A stretch of DNA of 64,000 bases. Source: Flavobacteriales bacterium (GTDB taxonomy: Bacteria > Bacteroidota > Bacteroidia > Flavobacteriales > UBA7312). The notes under the pieces were generated by a model, which saw only the letters and a list, made by a program, of their open reading frames with translations, was not told where the DNA came from and ran no database searches. This document shows, piece after piece, positions 50,047 through 59,875 of the stretch. Position numbers and translations under genes: made by a program. Position 1 is the first letter of the stretch. Every line of letters starts with the position of its first letter. The stretch lies in contig JBMHBP010000018.1 in NCBI GenBank assembly GCA_049890295.1, positions 1,911-65,910 on the forward strand, in the 5' to 3' direction.

Positions 50047-50574
50047 ATGGCGTTCAAACATCCCTTTAACTTACATCAATGGATTAATGATAATCGAGAC
50101 TTACTCAAACCACCAGTTGGCAATAAGAATTTGTACCTAAATTCAGGAGACTATATTGTAATGGTTGTAGGTGGTCCAAACTCCAGAAAAGATTATCATT
50201 ACAACGAAACAGAAGAATTATTCTATCAATTAGAAGGTGATATAATTGTCAAAATACAAGACGAAGGCAAAGCGGTAGAAATACCTGTAAAAGAAGGAGA
50301 AATTTTTCTCTTACCGGCCAAAGTTCCCCATTCTCCAATTCGACCTGCTGGTTCTGTCGGTTTAGTTATTGAAAGAAAACGAAAAGCAACAGATAAAGAT
50401 GGGTTGATGTGGTTTTCTGATACGGCTAATCACTTACTTTATGAAGAGTATTTTCATTTAACTAATATCGAAAAAGATTTTTTACCTGTTTTTAAGCGTT
50501 TTTATACTAATAAAAAGCTCAGAACCTGTCCCGTTACAGGGGAGGTAATGGAAGCAGATTCAAGATATATTTAA
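50047..50574 (+). CDS. 3-hydroxyanthranilate 3,4-dioxygenase
   Basis: Cupin with PFNLHQWINDNRDLLKPPVGNK...DYHYNETEELFYQLEGD...PHSP, the HAAO signature. ATG 50047 is preferred over TTG 50011. Confidence 0.85.
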   Translation: MAFKHPFNLHQWINDNRDLLKPPVGNKNLYLNSGDYIVMVVGGPNSRKDYHYNETEELFYQLEGDIIVKIQDEGKAVEIPVKEGEIFLLPAKVPHSPIRPAGSVGLVIERKRKATDKDGLMWFSDTANHLLYEEYFHLTNIEKDFLPVFKRFYTNKKLRTCPVTGEVMEADSRYI

Positions 50575-50582
50575 GCAACAGG

Positions 50583-51623
50583 ATGCGAATAAACGGACAT
50601 GGACATATCTTGCCAGAACCTCATCAGGTTCCAGAGTTTATGAAAAGAAAAAAACTTTTTTGGATTGATGAGGACAAATCTTATATGCGACAAGGCAATT
50701 GGTCAAGACCTATCAATGATTCGAGCTTTTTTATTGATGGTAAACTAGAGTGGATGAAGCAATTTGATATCGACCACGCCGTAATGCTGTGTTTGTCACA
50801 ACTATACTGTAATGGGTGGAAAAAACAAGATTGTATTGATGGTATTCGTTTTCAAAATGATTTTAACGCTTCCGTACAAAGTGAGTATCGAGAAAAATTT
50901 ACTTGTGGCTTTGTTGTTCAGCCATTATACCTGCAACAAGCCCTTAAAGAATTAGATAGATGCGTTAATGAGTTAGGCTTAAAAGTATTGTGCTTACCAA
51001 CACATTTTTTAAATTCTAAAGGCGAGTGGCTTTCGGTGGCAGAAGCTGAAGTGGATCCTTTATTTGAATTAGCCAATGACTATGGTTTAGCGGTTCAAAT
51101 ACATCCATACGATGGGGAAAAAATGATAGCCCTTAAAAATCAGTATTGGCGTTTCCATTTAGTTTGGATGATGGCTCAGTGTGCGGACACCTTACACCTT
51201 TTTACCCTTAGAGATTTACCAAATAAATTTCCTAACATAAGAACCAGTTTTGCCCATGGCGGTATGTTGGGTATTGCCAATTACGGTAGAAGGATACAAG
51301 GATTTGACGGAAGGCCAGATATATTTCAAGAATTGGAAGACCCTAGAAAAACTCTGGGTCATAAAAACCTTTTCTTTGACACCCTTGTTCATGATTCGTA
51401 TACGCTGGATTTACTTAAAAAGCGAGTAGGTGTTAGTCAAATAATTATGGGCTTAGATGACCCATTTCCTTTAGGTGAAAAAGAAGGGGTAGGCACCTCG
51501 TACCCTGGCAGAGTGTTAGATTATGCTATTGAAATTGGTGATTTGACCCAACAAGATGGTGAGGACATTTGGTATAAAAATGTTCTTAGTTGGTTGGGTA
51601 TTAAAGAAACAGACTTTTTATAA
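50583..51623 (+). CDS. Amidohydrolase-2 family decarboxylase, probable ACMSD
   Basis: N-terminal H-x-H (INGHGHILP), ~346 aa, immediately downstream of HAAO. Confidence 0.7.
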   Translation: MRINGHGHILPEPHQVPEFMKRKKLFWIDEDKSYMRQGNWSRPINDSSFFIDGKLEWMKQFDIDHAVMLCLSQLYCNGWKKQDCIDGIRFQNDFNASVQSEYREKFTCGFVVQPLYLQQALKELDRCVNELGLKVLCLPTHFLNSKGEWLSVAEAEVDPLFELANDYGLAVQIHPYDGEKMIALKNQYWRFHLVWMMAQCADTLHLFTLRDLPNKFPNIRTSFAHGGMLGIANYGRRIQGFDGRPDIFQELEDPRKTLGHKNLFFDTLVHDSYTLDLLKKRVGVSQIIMGLDDPFPLGEKEGVGTSYPGRVLDYAIEIGDLTQQDGEDIWYKNVLSWLGIKETDFL

Positions 51624-51663
51624 TAAATGAATTACATTTGCGATTCAAAAATTAGCCCTATTC

Positions 51664-53556
51664 ATGAGTGATGCCATTAAGCACGAATGCGGAGTTGCTT
51701 TCTTAAGACTTCGAAAACCACTAGCCTATTATGCAGAAAAATATGGCACACCATTATACGGTATCAACAAGATGTGCTTGTTAATGGAAAAACAACACAA
51801 TAGAGGACAGGATGGGGCAGGTTTAGCAACAATTAAATTAGATGTATCTCAAGGAAATCGATACATTAGTCGTCATCGTTCTAACGACAGTAAACCCATA
51901 CAAAGCTTGTTTGATTATATTAATAAACGCTTTGTAGAATTACAAAATAACGATCCAGAAAAGTTCAAAGATATTCAGTGGTTACAAGAAAATTTAGCGT
52001 TTACTGGTGAGGTCCTTTTAGGTCATTTGAGATATGGTACCTATGGTGGAAATGGCATAGAACAATGTCATCCCTTTTTACGTCAGAGCAATTGGCGTAC
52101 GCGTAGTTTGGTTTTAGCTGGTAACTTCAATATGACCAATGTTGATGAGTTGTTTAACCAGTTAGTAGAATTAGGTCAACATCCTAAAGAAAAAGCCGAT
52201 ACCGTAACCATTTTGGAGCGTATAGGCCATTTTATGGATGTAGAAAACGATAGAATTTATTACGATCAAAAAGACAACTATAGTAAGAAAGAAATTTCAG
52301 CTGTTATTGCCAAAGAAATGAATGTTGAGCAGGTGCTCATTAATTCTTCAAAGCATTGGGATGGTGGTTATGTGATGAGTGGTATTATTGGTCACGGTGA
52401 CGCTTTTGTGTTACGAGATCCTTCAGGTATTCGCCCTGCTTTTTATTATACCGATGACGAAATAGTGGTAGCTACATCTGAAAGACCAGTTATTCAAACT
52501 GCCTTTAATGTACCAATAGAGAGCATACAAGAAGTAAAGCCCGGCCATGCCTTAGTTGTCAAGCGCGATGGTAGTTTTAAGGAGGTAGAAATTATACCAC
52601 AATTAGAGCGAAAGGCTTGTTCTTTTGAACGTATTTATTTTTCTAGAGGCAACGATAAAGACATCTATAATGAACGTTTACAGTTGGGAAAAAACCTTTG
52701 CCAAGCCATTTTAAAGGATCTTAATAATGACCTTAAAAACAGCGTATTTTCATACATTCCCAATACTGCTGAGGTTTCCTATTATGGTGTTTTAAAAGGT
52801 ATGAACAAAGCCCTAAATCAGCAAAAGGCTAAAGCTATTCTAAGTTTGCAAAACCCATCAACTGAAGCTATAGAAGATATTATGTCAGAACGGGTAAGAG
52901 CAGAGAAAATAGCAATTAAGGACGCTAAATTAAGAACCTTTATTACCCAAGATGACAGCCGTGACGACTTAGTCACTCACGTTTATGACATTACCTACGG
53001 GACGGTACAACCTACTGATAATTTGGTGATGATTGACGATAGTATCGTTAGAGGAACGACCTTAAAGCAAAGTATCTTACGAATATTAGACAGGTTACAT
53101 CCAAAGAAAATTGTAATTGTGTCTTCAGCACCACAAATCCGTTATCCCGATTGCTATGGTATCGACATGGCCAAATTGGGCGACTTTATTGCTTTTCAAG
53201 CCGCTATTGCCCTATTGAAAGAAAGTGGTCAAGAAAATATTATTGAAGAGGTATATCAACAGTGCCTAACGGCCCTAAAAGACCCATCCTCTGATACTGA
53301 AAATCATGTTAAGGCTATATATAAACCTTTCAGTGCCATTCAGATATCAGAAAAGATTGCTCAATTGTTACGACCCAAAGAAATACAGGCTGAAGTAAGT
53401 ATTATCTATCAAACAATTGAAGATTTACATGACTCATGCCCCAACCATCGAGGCGATTGGTACTTCACGGGCGATTACCCAACGCCTGGTGGGAATAGAG
53501 TGGTCAATAAATCATTTGTTTATTACATAGAAGGACGAAACCAAAGGGCCTATTAG
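51664..53556 (+). CDS. purF: Amidophosphoribosyltransferase (long Bacteroidota form)
   Basis: Ntn glutaminase Cys after a short propeptide (MSDAIKHECGV), RGQDGAG, and PRT motif MIDDSIVRGTT. Confidence 0.9.
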   Translation: MSDAIKHECGVAFLRLRKPLAYYAEKYGTPLYGINKMCLLMEKQHNRGQDGAGLATIKLDVSQGNRYISRHRSNDSKPIQSLFDYINKRFVELQNNDPEKFKDIQWLQENLAFTGEVLLGHLRYGTYGGNGIEQCHPFLRQSNWRTRSLVLAGNFNMTNVDELFNQLVELGQHPKEKADTVTILERIGHFMDVENDRIYYDQKDNYSKKEISAVIAKEMNVEQVLINSSKHWDGGYVMSGIIGHGDAFVLRDPSGIRPAFYYTDDEIVVATSERPVIQTAFNVPIESIQEVKPGHALVVKRDGSFKEVEIIPQLERKACSFERIYFSRGNDKDIYNERLQLGKNLCQAILKDLNNDLKNSVFSYIPNTAEVSYYGVLKGMNKALNQQKAKAILSLQNPSTEAIEDIMSERVRAEKIAIKDAKLRTFITQDDSRDDLVTHVYDITYGTVQPTDNLVMIDDSIVRGTTLKQSILRILDRLHPKKIVIVSSAPQIRYPDCYGIDMAKLGDFIAFQAAIALLKESGQENIIEEVYQQCLTALKDPSSDTENHVKAIYKPFSAIQISEKIAQLLRPKEIQAEVSIIYQTIEDLHDSCPNHRGDWYFTGDYPTPGGNRVVNKSFVYYIEGRNQRAY

Positions 53557-53724
53557 TCTTTTAAGTTTTTTCAATTTTTTCTTCAAATTTTCTATACCTC
53601 ATTTTGACTGATGGATGTTAAAGATATTGACATCTTGTATAGCAAGCCAACGGCAGAGTCTAAAGGCTGAGAAGAATATATCAAGAGGTACTATTGATAA
53701 AAGTTTTATACCTAAAATCTTAAA

Positions 53725-53757
53725 CAAAAAACCCCTGCTAGTATAGCAGGGGTTTTC
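53725..53757. terminator. Bidirectional intrinsic terminator
   Basis: AAAAAA-CCCCTGC-tagtata-GCAGGGG-TTTT, between the convergent purF and S46 peptidase genes. Confidence 0.7.
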
Positions 53758-53789
53758 GTATTAAAGAGAAGGATATCCAAAAACAAGCA

Positions 53790-56177
53790 TTAGTTCTTTT
53801 CGGTAGTATATACCGTACCTCTCCAGTAGAATTTGGTGTTTGGGCTACTTCCAAACTGCTCTACTGCTAAATCAAAGGCCGAGCCAAAGGAGTGCATTTC
53901 AATTACTGGTATTTCTTCACCTAAATAATTGATTGTCGTTAAGGTATTGATAATAGTCAATGGATCATTTTCCATTTCCTCTTGTTTTTTAGCCGCTACT
54001 TCTTCTTCAGTAAGTGGTCTTGGTCTTTCTGGAGCAATGGTAATTTCGTCCATAATGTTTTGAGCACCAGCAAACTTGTCAATGATGAATAAGATGTATC
54101 TAGCATCTACTGAGATAGTACGTTGAATATCGTTTTCGAAGGCGATATCGCCACTCATAGCTTCCCAGTTACCATCAAAAGCGGTACCGATAAGGTCGCC
54201 ATAGCCATTTAATACTGGACTACCGGAATTTCCACCCGTTATGTCATTGCCACTTATGAAGTTAACAATAAGGTCCCCGTTTTCATCGGCATATTGGCCA
54301 TAGTCTTTAGAGTTGTATAGCTCCTCTAAACGTTCTGGCACTATAAACTCATCGTCTGAATTGTCCTTTTTGGCCATTAGACCGTCTAAGGTAGTTACAT
54401 AGTCGTAATGCATAGCGTCGCCTGGCACATAGTCGCCTACTTGTCCATAAGTTAAACGCATGGTAGAGTTAGCGTTAGGATAGAATTTCTTTTCTGGCAT
54501 CATCTCTCTCAAACCGGCTATGTATAGTCGTTCGCCTTTAGTTAGTTTCTCACGAACTGCCATACGCTTCTCACGAATATTATTCATGTAGTGATCCATA
54601 ATGGAGTTGAACATACGTACGGCATAGTCTTTTTCCAGTTTATAAACCGATGGCTTCTCTAAGAAATTAAAGAATTTACTTTGGCTTACAAAAGGTGAGG
54701 TTTTGTACACATAGGCCGCAAACTTATGCCAGTCGCCTTTGGTGTAGTTGTGTTTTCTAACCTTTTCAAAAGCATCCGGTTGCTTGCTGTAAGGTACATT
54801 GTCATTGTAGAGTTCTAACAACTCAGCAAACAAGTCTTGATCTAAGTCTTTGTTATAGTTTTTAAAATGCTCTCTAGCCAAGCCTTTTAGTTTATTTATG
54901 GCTAATCGCTTTGCCTTAGGGTCTTCTGGTAGATTTTTAATAGCATCCTGTATTTGATAGATAAAGTAAAATACATCTGCCCCTTGGAAAACGGCTTCGT
55001 TGAGATAGATACGTACTTCATTGATTTTCTCATTGTCGTAATAAGCATCAGCGAGTAAGTCTAGTGCTTCGTCATATTTTTCACCTCTACTATCATCGGC
55101 TTCCACCCATGTGTCGAATTGAGCCTCTAGAGCTTTCTTTTGGTCGTAAACCTTCATGCGTTTTAGACCCTTTGTTTGTCCGATATAATATTTCCAGTAG
55201 TTAGATGTTCTAGCGTACTTTGAAGCGTACTGAATACGTACTTTTTCTTTAGCGTCCATGTGGGTGCGCATAACGGCTAACTTTCGCTCTCTGATTTCTA
55301 CTACTGTTGGGTTGTATTGTTCAATTGCTTGATTAACCCCCCAAGACGATAAGTAACGGTCGGTAGAGCCTGGAAATCCCATAATCATAGAGAAGTCGCC
55401 TTGTTTAACACCATCCAATGAAATAGGGAAATGATGTTTTGGTGAGTATGGAATATTGTCTTCCGAATATTCAGCGGGTTTACCATCTGGGCCACAGTAG
55501 ACGCGTAATAAGGCAAAGTCGCCGGTGTGTCTTGGCCACATCCAGTTGTCAGTGTCGCCACCGTATTTTCCAATAGACGATGGTGGAGCACCCACTAATC
55601 TTACGTCATTGAATGTTTCGTAAACCATTAGGTAAAAATCGTTACCACCAAAAAAGGACTTCACACGGGCATTGTAATGTGTGCTATCGGTAGCTTCTGC
55701 TACAATTTCAGCTGAAAGTTTTCGAATAACAGCACTTCTTTCTTCGTCAGATACTGAGTCTAGCTCGGCATTCATTCGTTCAGTGACGTCTTCCATTCTT
55801 ACCAAGAAGGATACGAATAAATCTTCATTTTCTAATTCTTGACTTTTATCCATGGCCCAAAACCCATTGGTAAGGTAATCGTTACCCACTTTTGAGTGGG
55901 ACTGGATTTGTCCGTAAGCACAATGGTGGTTGGTCAATAAAAGGCCTTGATCAGAAATCATTTCTGCCGTACAAAACCCACCCAAAGAAACTACAGCGTC
56001 TTTCAAGGAAGAATTGTTTATGTTGTAAATATCACTGGCAGTGAGTTGAAGGCCTAAGTTTTGCATATCGGCTTCGTTATCTGAAAGGAGTAGCGGTAGC
56101 CACATGCCCTCGTCAGCTTTTAGGGTTAAAAACCCAAAGCTGAAAGCCATAGTTAGTAGGGTAATTTTCTTTAGCAT
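53790..56177 (-). CDS. S46 family dipeptidyl-peptidase (DPP7/DPP11-like) with C-terminal extension
   Basis: Signal peptide then DEGMWLP, His in LLTNHHCAYG, Ser in GGNSGSPVLN. 795 aa, with ~85 aa beyond the usual FAGA...L family end. Confidence 0.88.
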   Translation of the reverse strand: MLKKITLLTMAFSFGFLTLKADEGMWLPLLLSDNEADMQNLGLQLTASDIYNINNSSLKDAVVSLGGFCTAEMISDQGLLLTNHHCAYGQIQSHSKVGNDYLTNGFWAMDKSQELENEDLFVSFLVRMEDVTERMNAELDSVSDEERSAVIRKLSAEIVAEATDSTHYNARVKSFFGGNDFYLMVYETFNDVRLVGAPPSSIGKYGGDTDNWMWPRHTGDFALLRVYCGPDGKPAEYSEDNIPYSPKHHFPISLDGVKQGDFSMIMGFPGSTDRYLSSWGVNQAIEQYNPTVVEIRERKLAVMRTHMDAKEKVRIQYASKYARTSNYWKYYIGQTKGLKRMKVYDQKKALEAQFDTWVEADDSRGEKYDEALDLLADAYYDNEKINEVRIYLNEAVFQGADVFYFIYQIQDAIKNLPEDPKAKRLAINKLKGLAREHFKNYNKDLDQDLFAELLELYNDNVPYSKQPDAFEKVRKHNYTKGDWHKFAAYVYKTSPFVSQSKFFNFLEKPSVYKLEKDYAVRMFNSIMDHYMNNIREKRMAVREKLTKGERLYIAGLREMMPEKKFYPNANSTMRLTYGQVGDYVPGDAMHYDYVTTLDGLMAKKDNSDDEFIVPERLEELYNSKDYGQYADENGDLIVNFISGNDITGGNSGSPVLNGYGDLIGTAFDGNWEAMSGDIAFENDIQRTISVDARYILFIIDKFAGAQNIMDEITIAPERPRPLTEEEVAAKKQEEMENDPLTIINTLTTINYLGEEIPVIEMHSFGSAFDLAVEQFGSSPNTKFYWRGTVYTTEKN

Positions 56178-56602
56178 AATTGTTTTTTTGAATGTCTCTT
56201 ACAAAGAAATATAAAAACCCTAATTCTAGAAGGTCAATTCTTATAAACTAATGAACAATGAAATGTGAGTTTTTCAACAATCTATAGTATTAGTTTTAGT
56301 AAAAGGGTAAAACTTTATGTTTTATTAATTGTTATGAAATATAGTGTTTATGCTAAGACACGATATTTATTAACTTAAAATTTAAATCAAGAAATTATTA
56401 AACTTTATATTATCAGCTATCTTATCCACTACTTTAACATTAGTATCTGCTCAAACTTTAGAACAACACATTCAAATTCTTTTTCAATAGACTTGAAAGG
56501 TATAAAAAGCGGAAGTTACTTAGTTTTAAAAAGCTCTAGTATAGAAATTGTAGATAACTTTATAAAAGCGAAATAATTTTTGAAATATTATAAATTTAAC
56601 AA

Positions 56603-57400
56603 TCAGCAAACAGCTAGCAGCTGACGGTCTTTGATGCTTTGTTCAATGCCGTCCCATAATTTAATTCTAGCATTTAAACATACCTTGGCTACCTCTTTGG
56701 CTTCCTGCCACTTTTTATCGTCCTTACCACATAGTTCACTAATCATTTGTAAGGCCAAAGGAGTATGGACTTCTTCATCCAGTTCGATGTGCCTGTCAAG
56801 ATAATAGCGAAAGGTATCTAATTTGCCGGGAAAGTTTTTATCTAAATCGTGTACGATGGAGCGAAACATGTCTGGAATAAGGTCTTCTCTGCCAAAGGTG
56901 AAGGCAGCTGCTATTTCGTGTAACTTACCTCGATGAATGATGTCAAAGGTAGTTTTTACAAAGGTAAGGGTATAGTCTTTGATGTCTTCGACATTGAACT
57001 TGAGCAGTTCTTTGTGTGAATATCCTTTTAGTAAACGGTCAATAAAACGTTCTACTTGTTGAGTATCAGCACCACATTGTTGCATGGCTTGTAGATACAT
57101 TTCGTAATGACTAGCTGGCTGACCGTGAATGTCTAAGTCACTTTCTTCTTCTAATACGATTTCGTTAATAAGACGTCGTGTCTTAGGGTTACCTATAGGC
57201 ATCCATGGGGCGTTGGTACTGGTAAGGCCAAATTGTAAGGCCTTGAGCAATGCCATAAAGTCCCAAACAGCAAAAACGTGTTGCTCCATTAAAATTTTAA
57301 GATCATCCAAGTGCCGCATTTGCTGATAAACAGGATGATTCAATAGTAATTTTCTAAATGGTAAAATACTCTCTTTTATGTCTTGTATGTGTTCGTTCAT
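56603..57400 (-). CDS. DUF3050 family protein (heme-oxygenase-like fold)
   Basis: LLNHPVYQQM...EQHVFAVWDFMALLKALQ is characteristic of DUF3050; last gene of the suf-direction block. Confidence 0.65.
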   Translation of the reverse strand: MNEHIQDIKESILPFRKLLLNHPVYQQMRHLDDLKILMEQHVFAVWDFMALLKALQFGLTSTNAPWMPIGNPKTRRLINEIVLEEESDLDIHGQPASHYEMYLQAMQQCGADTQQVERFIDRLLKGYSHKELLKFNVEDIKDYTLTFVKTTFDIIHRGKLHEIAAAFTFGREDLIPDMFRSIVHDLDKNFPGKLDTFRYYLDRHIELDEEVHTPLALQMISELCGKDDKKWQEAKEVAKVCLNARIKLWDGIEQSIKDRQLLAVC

Positions 57401-57903
57401 TATCGTTTAAAAATAGGTACGGAAGAACAGGCTTCTCCGTACATAATACTTTTTGCTACTGGTCTTAATTTAGTGGTTATAGCCATATAGGCATGGTCTA
57501 CAATGTTTAAATTGCTACACCCTTTTATAATAACACGTTGATCTTTATAAGGGCTAACATCTAAATCAACAATAACGGACTGAAAAAGGAAACTTTCTAA
57601 TTGCTCTAGGGTACCTCTGACAACGGTTTTGGCATGTGGTATGAGTGATGAAGCGATTAGCATATAAGCCCATACAGGTACAATAGCGTCGGCCGAACAA
57701 TCGATACTTATGAACTGGTCTTTGTATTGCGACCAGTCGTGTTGCCTGACCTGTTCTCTAAAGTCCTTTTCCTTCAATATAAGCTCTTCAAACAACCAGT
57801 CTTTGAGATCGATGACCGTTCGCTTCCCTTGAGGATAATACTCTTCTAAATCGAAGGTAATTAGGCCGCTATTGGCTACTTTATTTACAATCTCTTCCGT
57901 CAT
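57400..57903 (-). CDS. DUF2480 family protein
   Basis: 167-aa conserved Bacteroidota protein that typically follows the suf genes (GLITFDLEEYYPQG start). Confidence 0.6.
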   Translation of the reverse strand: MTEEIVNKVANSGLITFDLEEYYPQGKRTVIDLKDWLFEELILKEKDFREQVRQHDWSQYKDQFISIDCSADAIVPVWAYMLIASSLIPHAKTVVRGTLEQLESFLFQSVIVDLDVSPYKDQRVIIKGCSNLNIVDHAYMAITTKLRPVAKSIMYGEACSSVPIFKR

Positions 57904-57905
57904 GT

Positions 57906-58229
57906 TTACATCATTCCTAATTCTAGTTTAGCTTCCTCGCTCATCATGTCTTTGTCCCAAGGAGGGTCAAAAGTAATATTGACTTTTACATTTCTGACTT
58001 CTTCTACTACCTTAACTTTCTCCTCGACTTCGACCGGTAGGGTTTCGGCAACAGGGCAGTTGGGCGAAGTGAGTGTCATTTCAATCTCGACGTCGCATTC
58101 ATCGCTGACTTGAACGTCGTAAATGAGCCCTAATTCATAAATATTAACAGGAATTTCTGGGTCATAGATTTGACAGATTTTCTCTACTATTTTTTCGCCA
58201 ATGGCTTGTAATTCTTTATCTGTTTTCAT
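57906..58229 (-). CDS. DUF59 / SufT-like Fe-S assembly protein
   Basis: IYDPEIPVNIYELGLIY...LTSPNCPVA, the MIP18/DUF59 signature. Confidence 0.8.
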   Translation of the reverse strand: MKTDKELQAIGEKIVEKICQIYDPEIPVNIYELGLIYDVQVSDECDVEIEMTLTSPNCPVAETLPVEVEEKVKVVEEVRNVKVNITFDPPWDKDMMSEEAKLELGMM

Positions 58230-58234
58230 AGTTA

Positions 58235-58657
58235 TTAGTGTTGTGATTGAAACGCTAATGCGTATATTTTCATTTGTTTGACCATAGCGAGTAAACCATT
58301 AGCTCTGGTTGGAGACAACTGTTCTTTTAGGCCAATCTGATTAATAAAATCGGTGTTGGCTTCTACGATATCTTTAGCCTTTTGTTGTGAAAATACGCGA
58401 ATCATCAAAGCAATGATTCCTTTGGTCATGACAGCGTCGCTATCGGCAGTAAAAATGACCTTATCGCTTTGCTTTTCGGCGTGTAGCCATACACGTGATT
58501 GACAGCCTTTGATGAGGTTAGTCTCCACTTTGAATTGAGCATCTATGAGTGGTAATGATTTTCCCAAATCAATGATATGTTCGTATTTGTCCATCCATTG
58601 CTCAAACATGTCAAACTCTTCGACAATGTCTTGTTGTATTTCTGAAATACTTGCCAT
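58235..58657 (-). CDS. sufE: SufE family sulfur acceptor
   Basis: LIKGCQSRVWL with the conserved Cys; ~140 aa. Confidence 0.85.
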   Translation of the reverse strand: MASISEIQQDIVEEFDMFEQWMDKYEHIIDLGKSLPLIDAQFKVETNLIKGCQSRVWLHAEKQSDKVIFTADSDAVMTKGIIALMIRVFSQQKAKDIVEANTDFINQIGLKEQLSPTRANGLLAMVKQMKIYALAFQSQH

Positions 58658-58659
58658 GA

Positions 58660-59874
58660 TTATGATAGCATTTGTTGGGCTTTTTTAACGCCCTTTATTA
58701 ATCGATCAATATCTTCTTCGTTATTATAAACGGCTAAAGAGGCACGAATAGTACCTGGAATACCAAGATTATCCATGATAGGTTGTGCACAATGGTGACC
58801 AGTACGTACAGCAATGCCTAATTTATCTAATATCATTCCTACATCGTAAGGGTGTGTATCTCCTACCAAAAATGACACAACAGCGGCTTTGTTGGGAGCT
58901 TCACCGATAATACGCATACCGTCAATTTGTTTTAATTTATCGGTCGTATACTGCAATAAAGCCTGTTCGTGTTGAGCTACATTTTCAAGCCCTAAATCAT
59001 TAAGCCAATCAATTGCTGTTTTGAGGGCTATACCACCAGCAATGTTGGGTGTTCCGGCCTCAAATTTATGAGGAAGATCGGCATAAGTAGTTTTTTCAAA
59101 ACTGACCGTTGCTATCATTTCTCCACCGCCTTGATAGGGAGGTAATGTTCTTAGGTGTTTTTCTTTACCGTATAATACGCCAACACCTGTTGGACCATAC
59201 ACTTTATGTCCTGAAATACAGTAAAAATCAGCATCTAAGTCTTGCACATCAATTTTACAATGTGGTCCTGCCTGGGCACCGTCAATTACAACTAAAGCTC
59301 CTTTTTGGTGGGCCCAATCTATCATCTCTTTAACTGGGTTGATGGTTCCCAAAGCGTTTGATATATGATTAACGGCTACTATCTTAGTTCTTTCATTAAG
59401 AAGGTCTTGGTAGCTATCTATATCTAGGGTGCCATTGTTATTCATGGGAATGACTTTCAGTACAGAACCTGTTTGTTCGCATAGCATTTGCCAAGGAACA
59501 ATATTGGAATGGTGCTCTAGTGTTGATATAAGAAGTTCATCGTCTTCTTTCAAGATACTTCTAAAACCATTAGCAATTAAGTTAATGGCTTCGGTATTAC
59601 CTTTGGTGAATATTACCTCATGAGCATGTTCGGCGTTTATGTGTTGTCGTAGAGTTTCTCTAGAATTTTCATAGGCATCGGTAGCAACCTGACTAAGGTG
59701 ATGTACGCCACGATGGATATTAGAGTTTATTTTTTCGTAATACTGACTAATGGCATCAATAACTATTTTTGGCTTATGAGTAGTAGCACCATTGTCTAGG
59801 TATACAAGTGGGTGGCCGTTAACTTCTTGATGAAGGGTTGGAAATTGTTGGCGAATATGTTGAATATTCAACAT
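58660..59874 (-). CDS. sufS: Cysteine desulfurase, SufS type
   Basis: PLP-Lys motif SGHKVYGPTG, RTGHHCAQP active-site Cys loop. Confidence 0.93.
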   Translation of the reverse strand: MLNIQHIRQQFPTLHQEVNGHPLVYLDNGATTHKPKIVIDAISQYYEKINSNIHRGVHHLSQVATDAYENSRETLRQHINAEHAHEVIFTKGNTEAINLIANGFRSILKEDDELLISTLEHHSNIVPWQMLCEQTGSVLKVIPMNNNGTLDIDSYQDLLNERTKIVAVNHISNALGTINPVKEMIDWAHQKGALVVIDGAQAGPHCKIDVQDLDADFYCISGHKVYGPTGVGVLYGKEKHLRTLPPYQGGGEMIATVSFEKTTYADLPHKFEAGTPNIAGGIALKTAIDWLNDLGLENVAQHEQALLQYTTDKLKQIDGMRIIGEAPNKAAVVSFLVGDTHPYDVGMILDKLGIAVRTGHHCAQPIMDNLGIPGTIRASLAVYNNEEDIDRLIKGVKKAQQMLS

Positions 59875-59875
59875 A

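Noticed and set aside
53557-53724. Possible sRNA or small ORF (MDVKDIDILYSKPTAESKG) in the 170 nt between the purF stop and the shared terminator
   Set aside because: There is no convincing TAnnTTTG box, only a weak 5-bp hairpin and no repeat or conservation signal visible. It is most simply a long purF 3' UTR.
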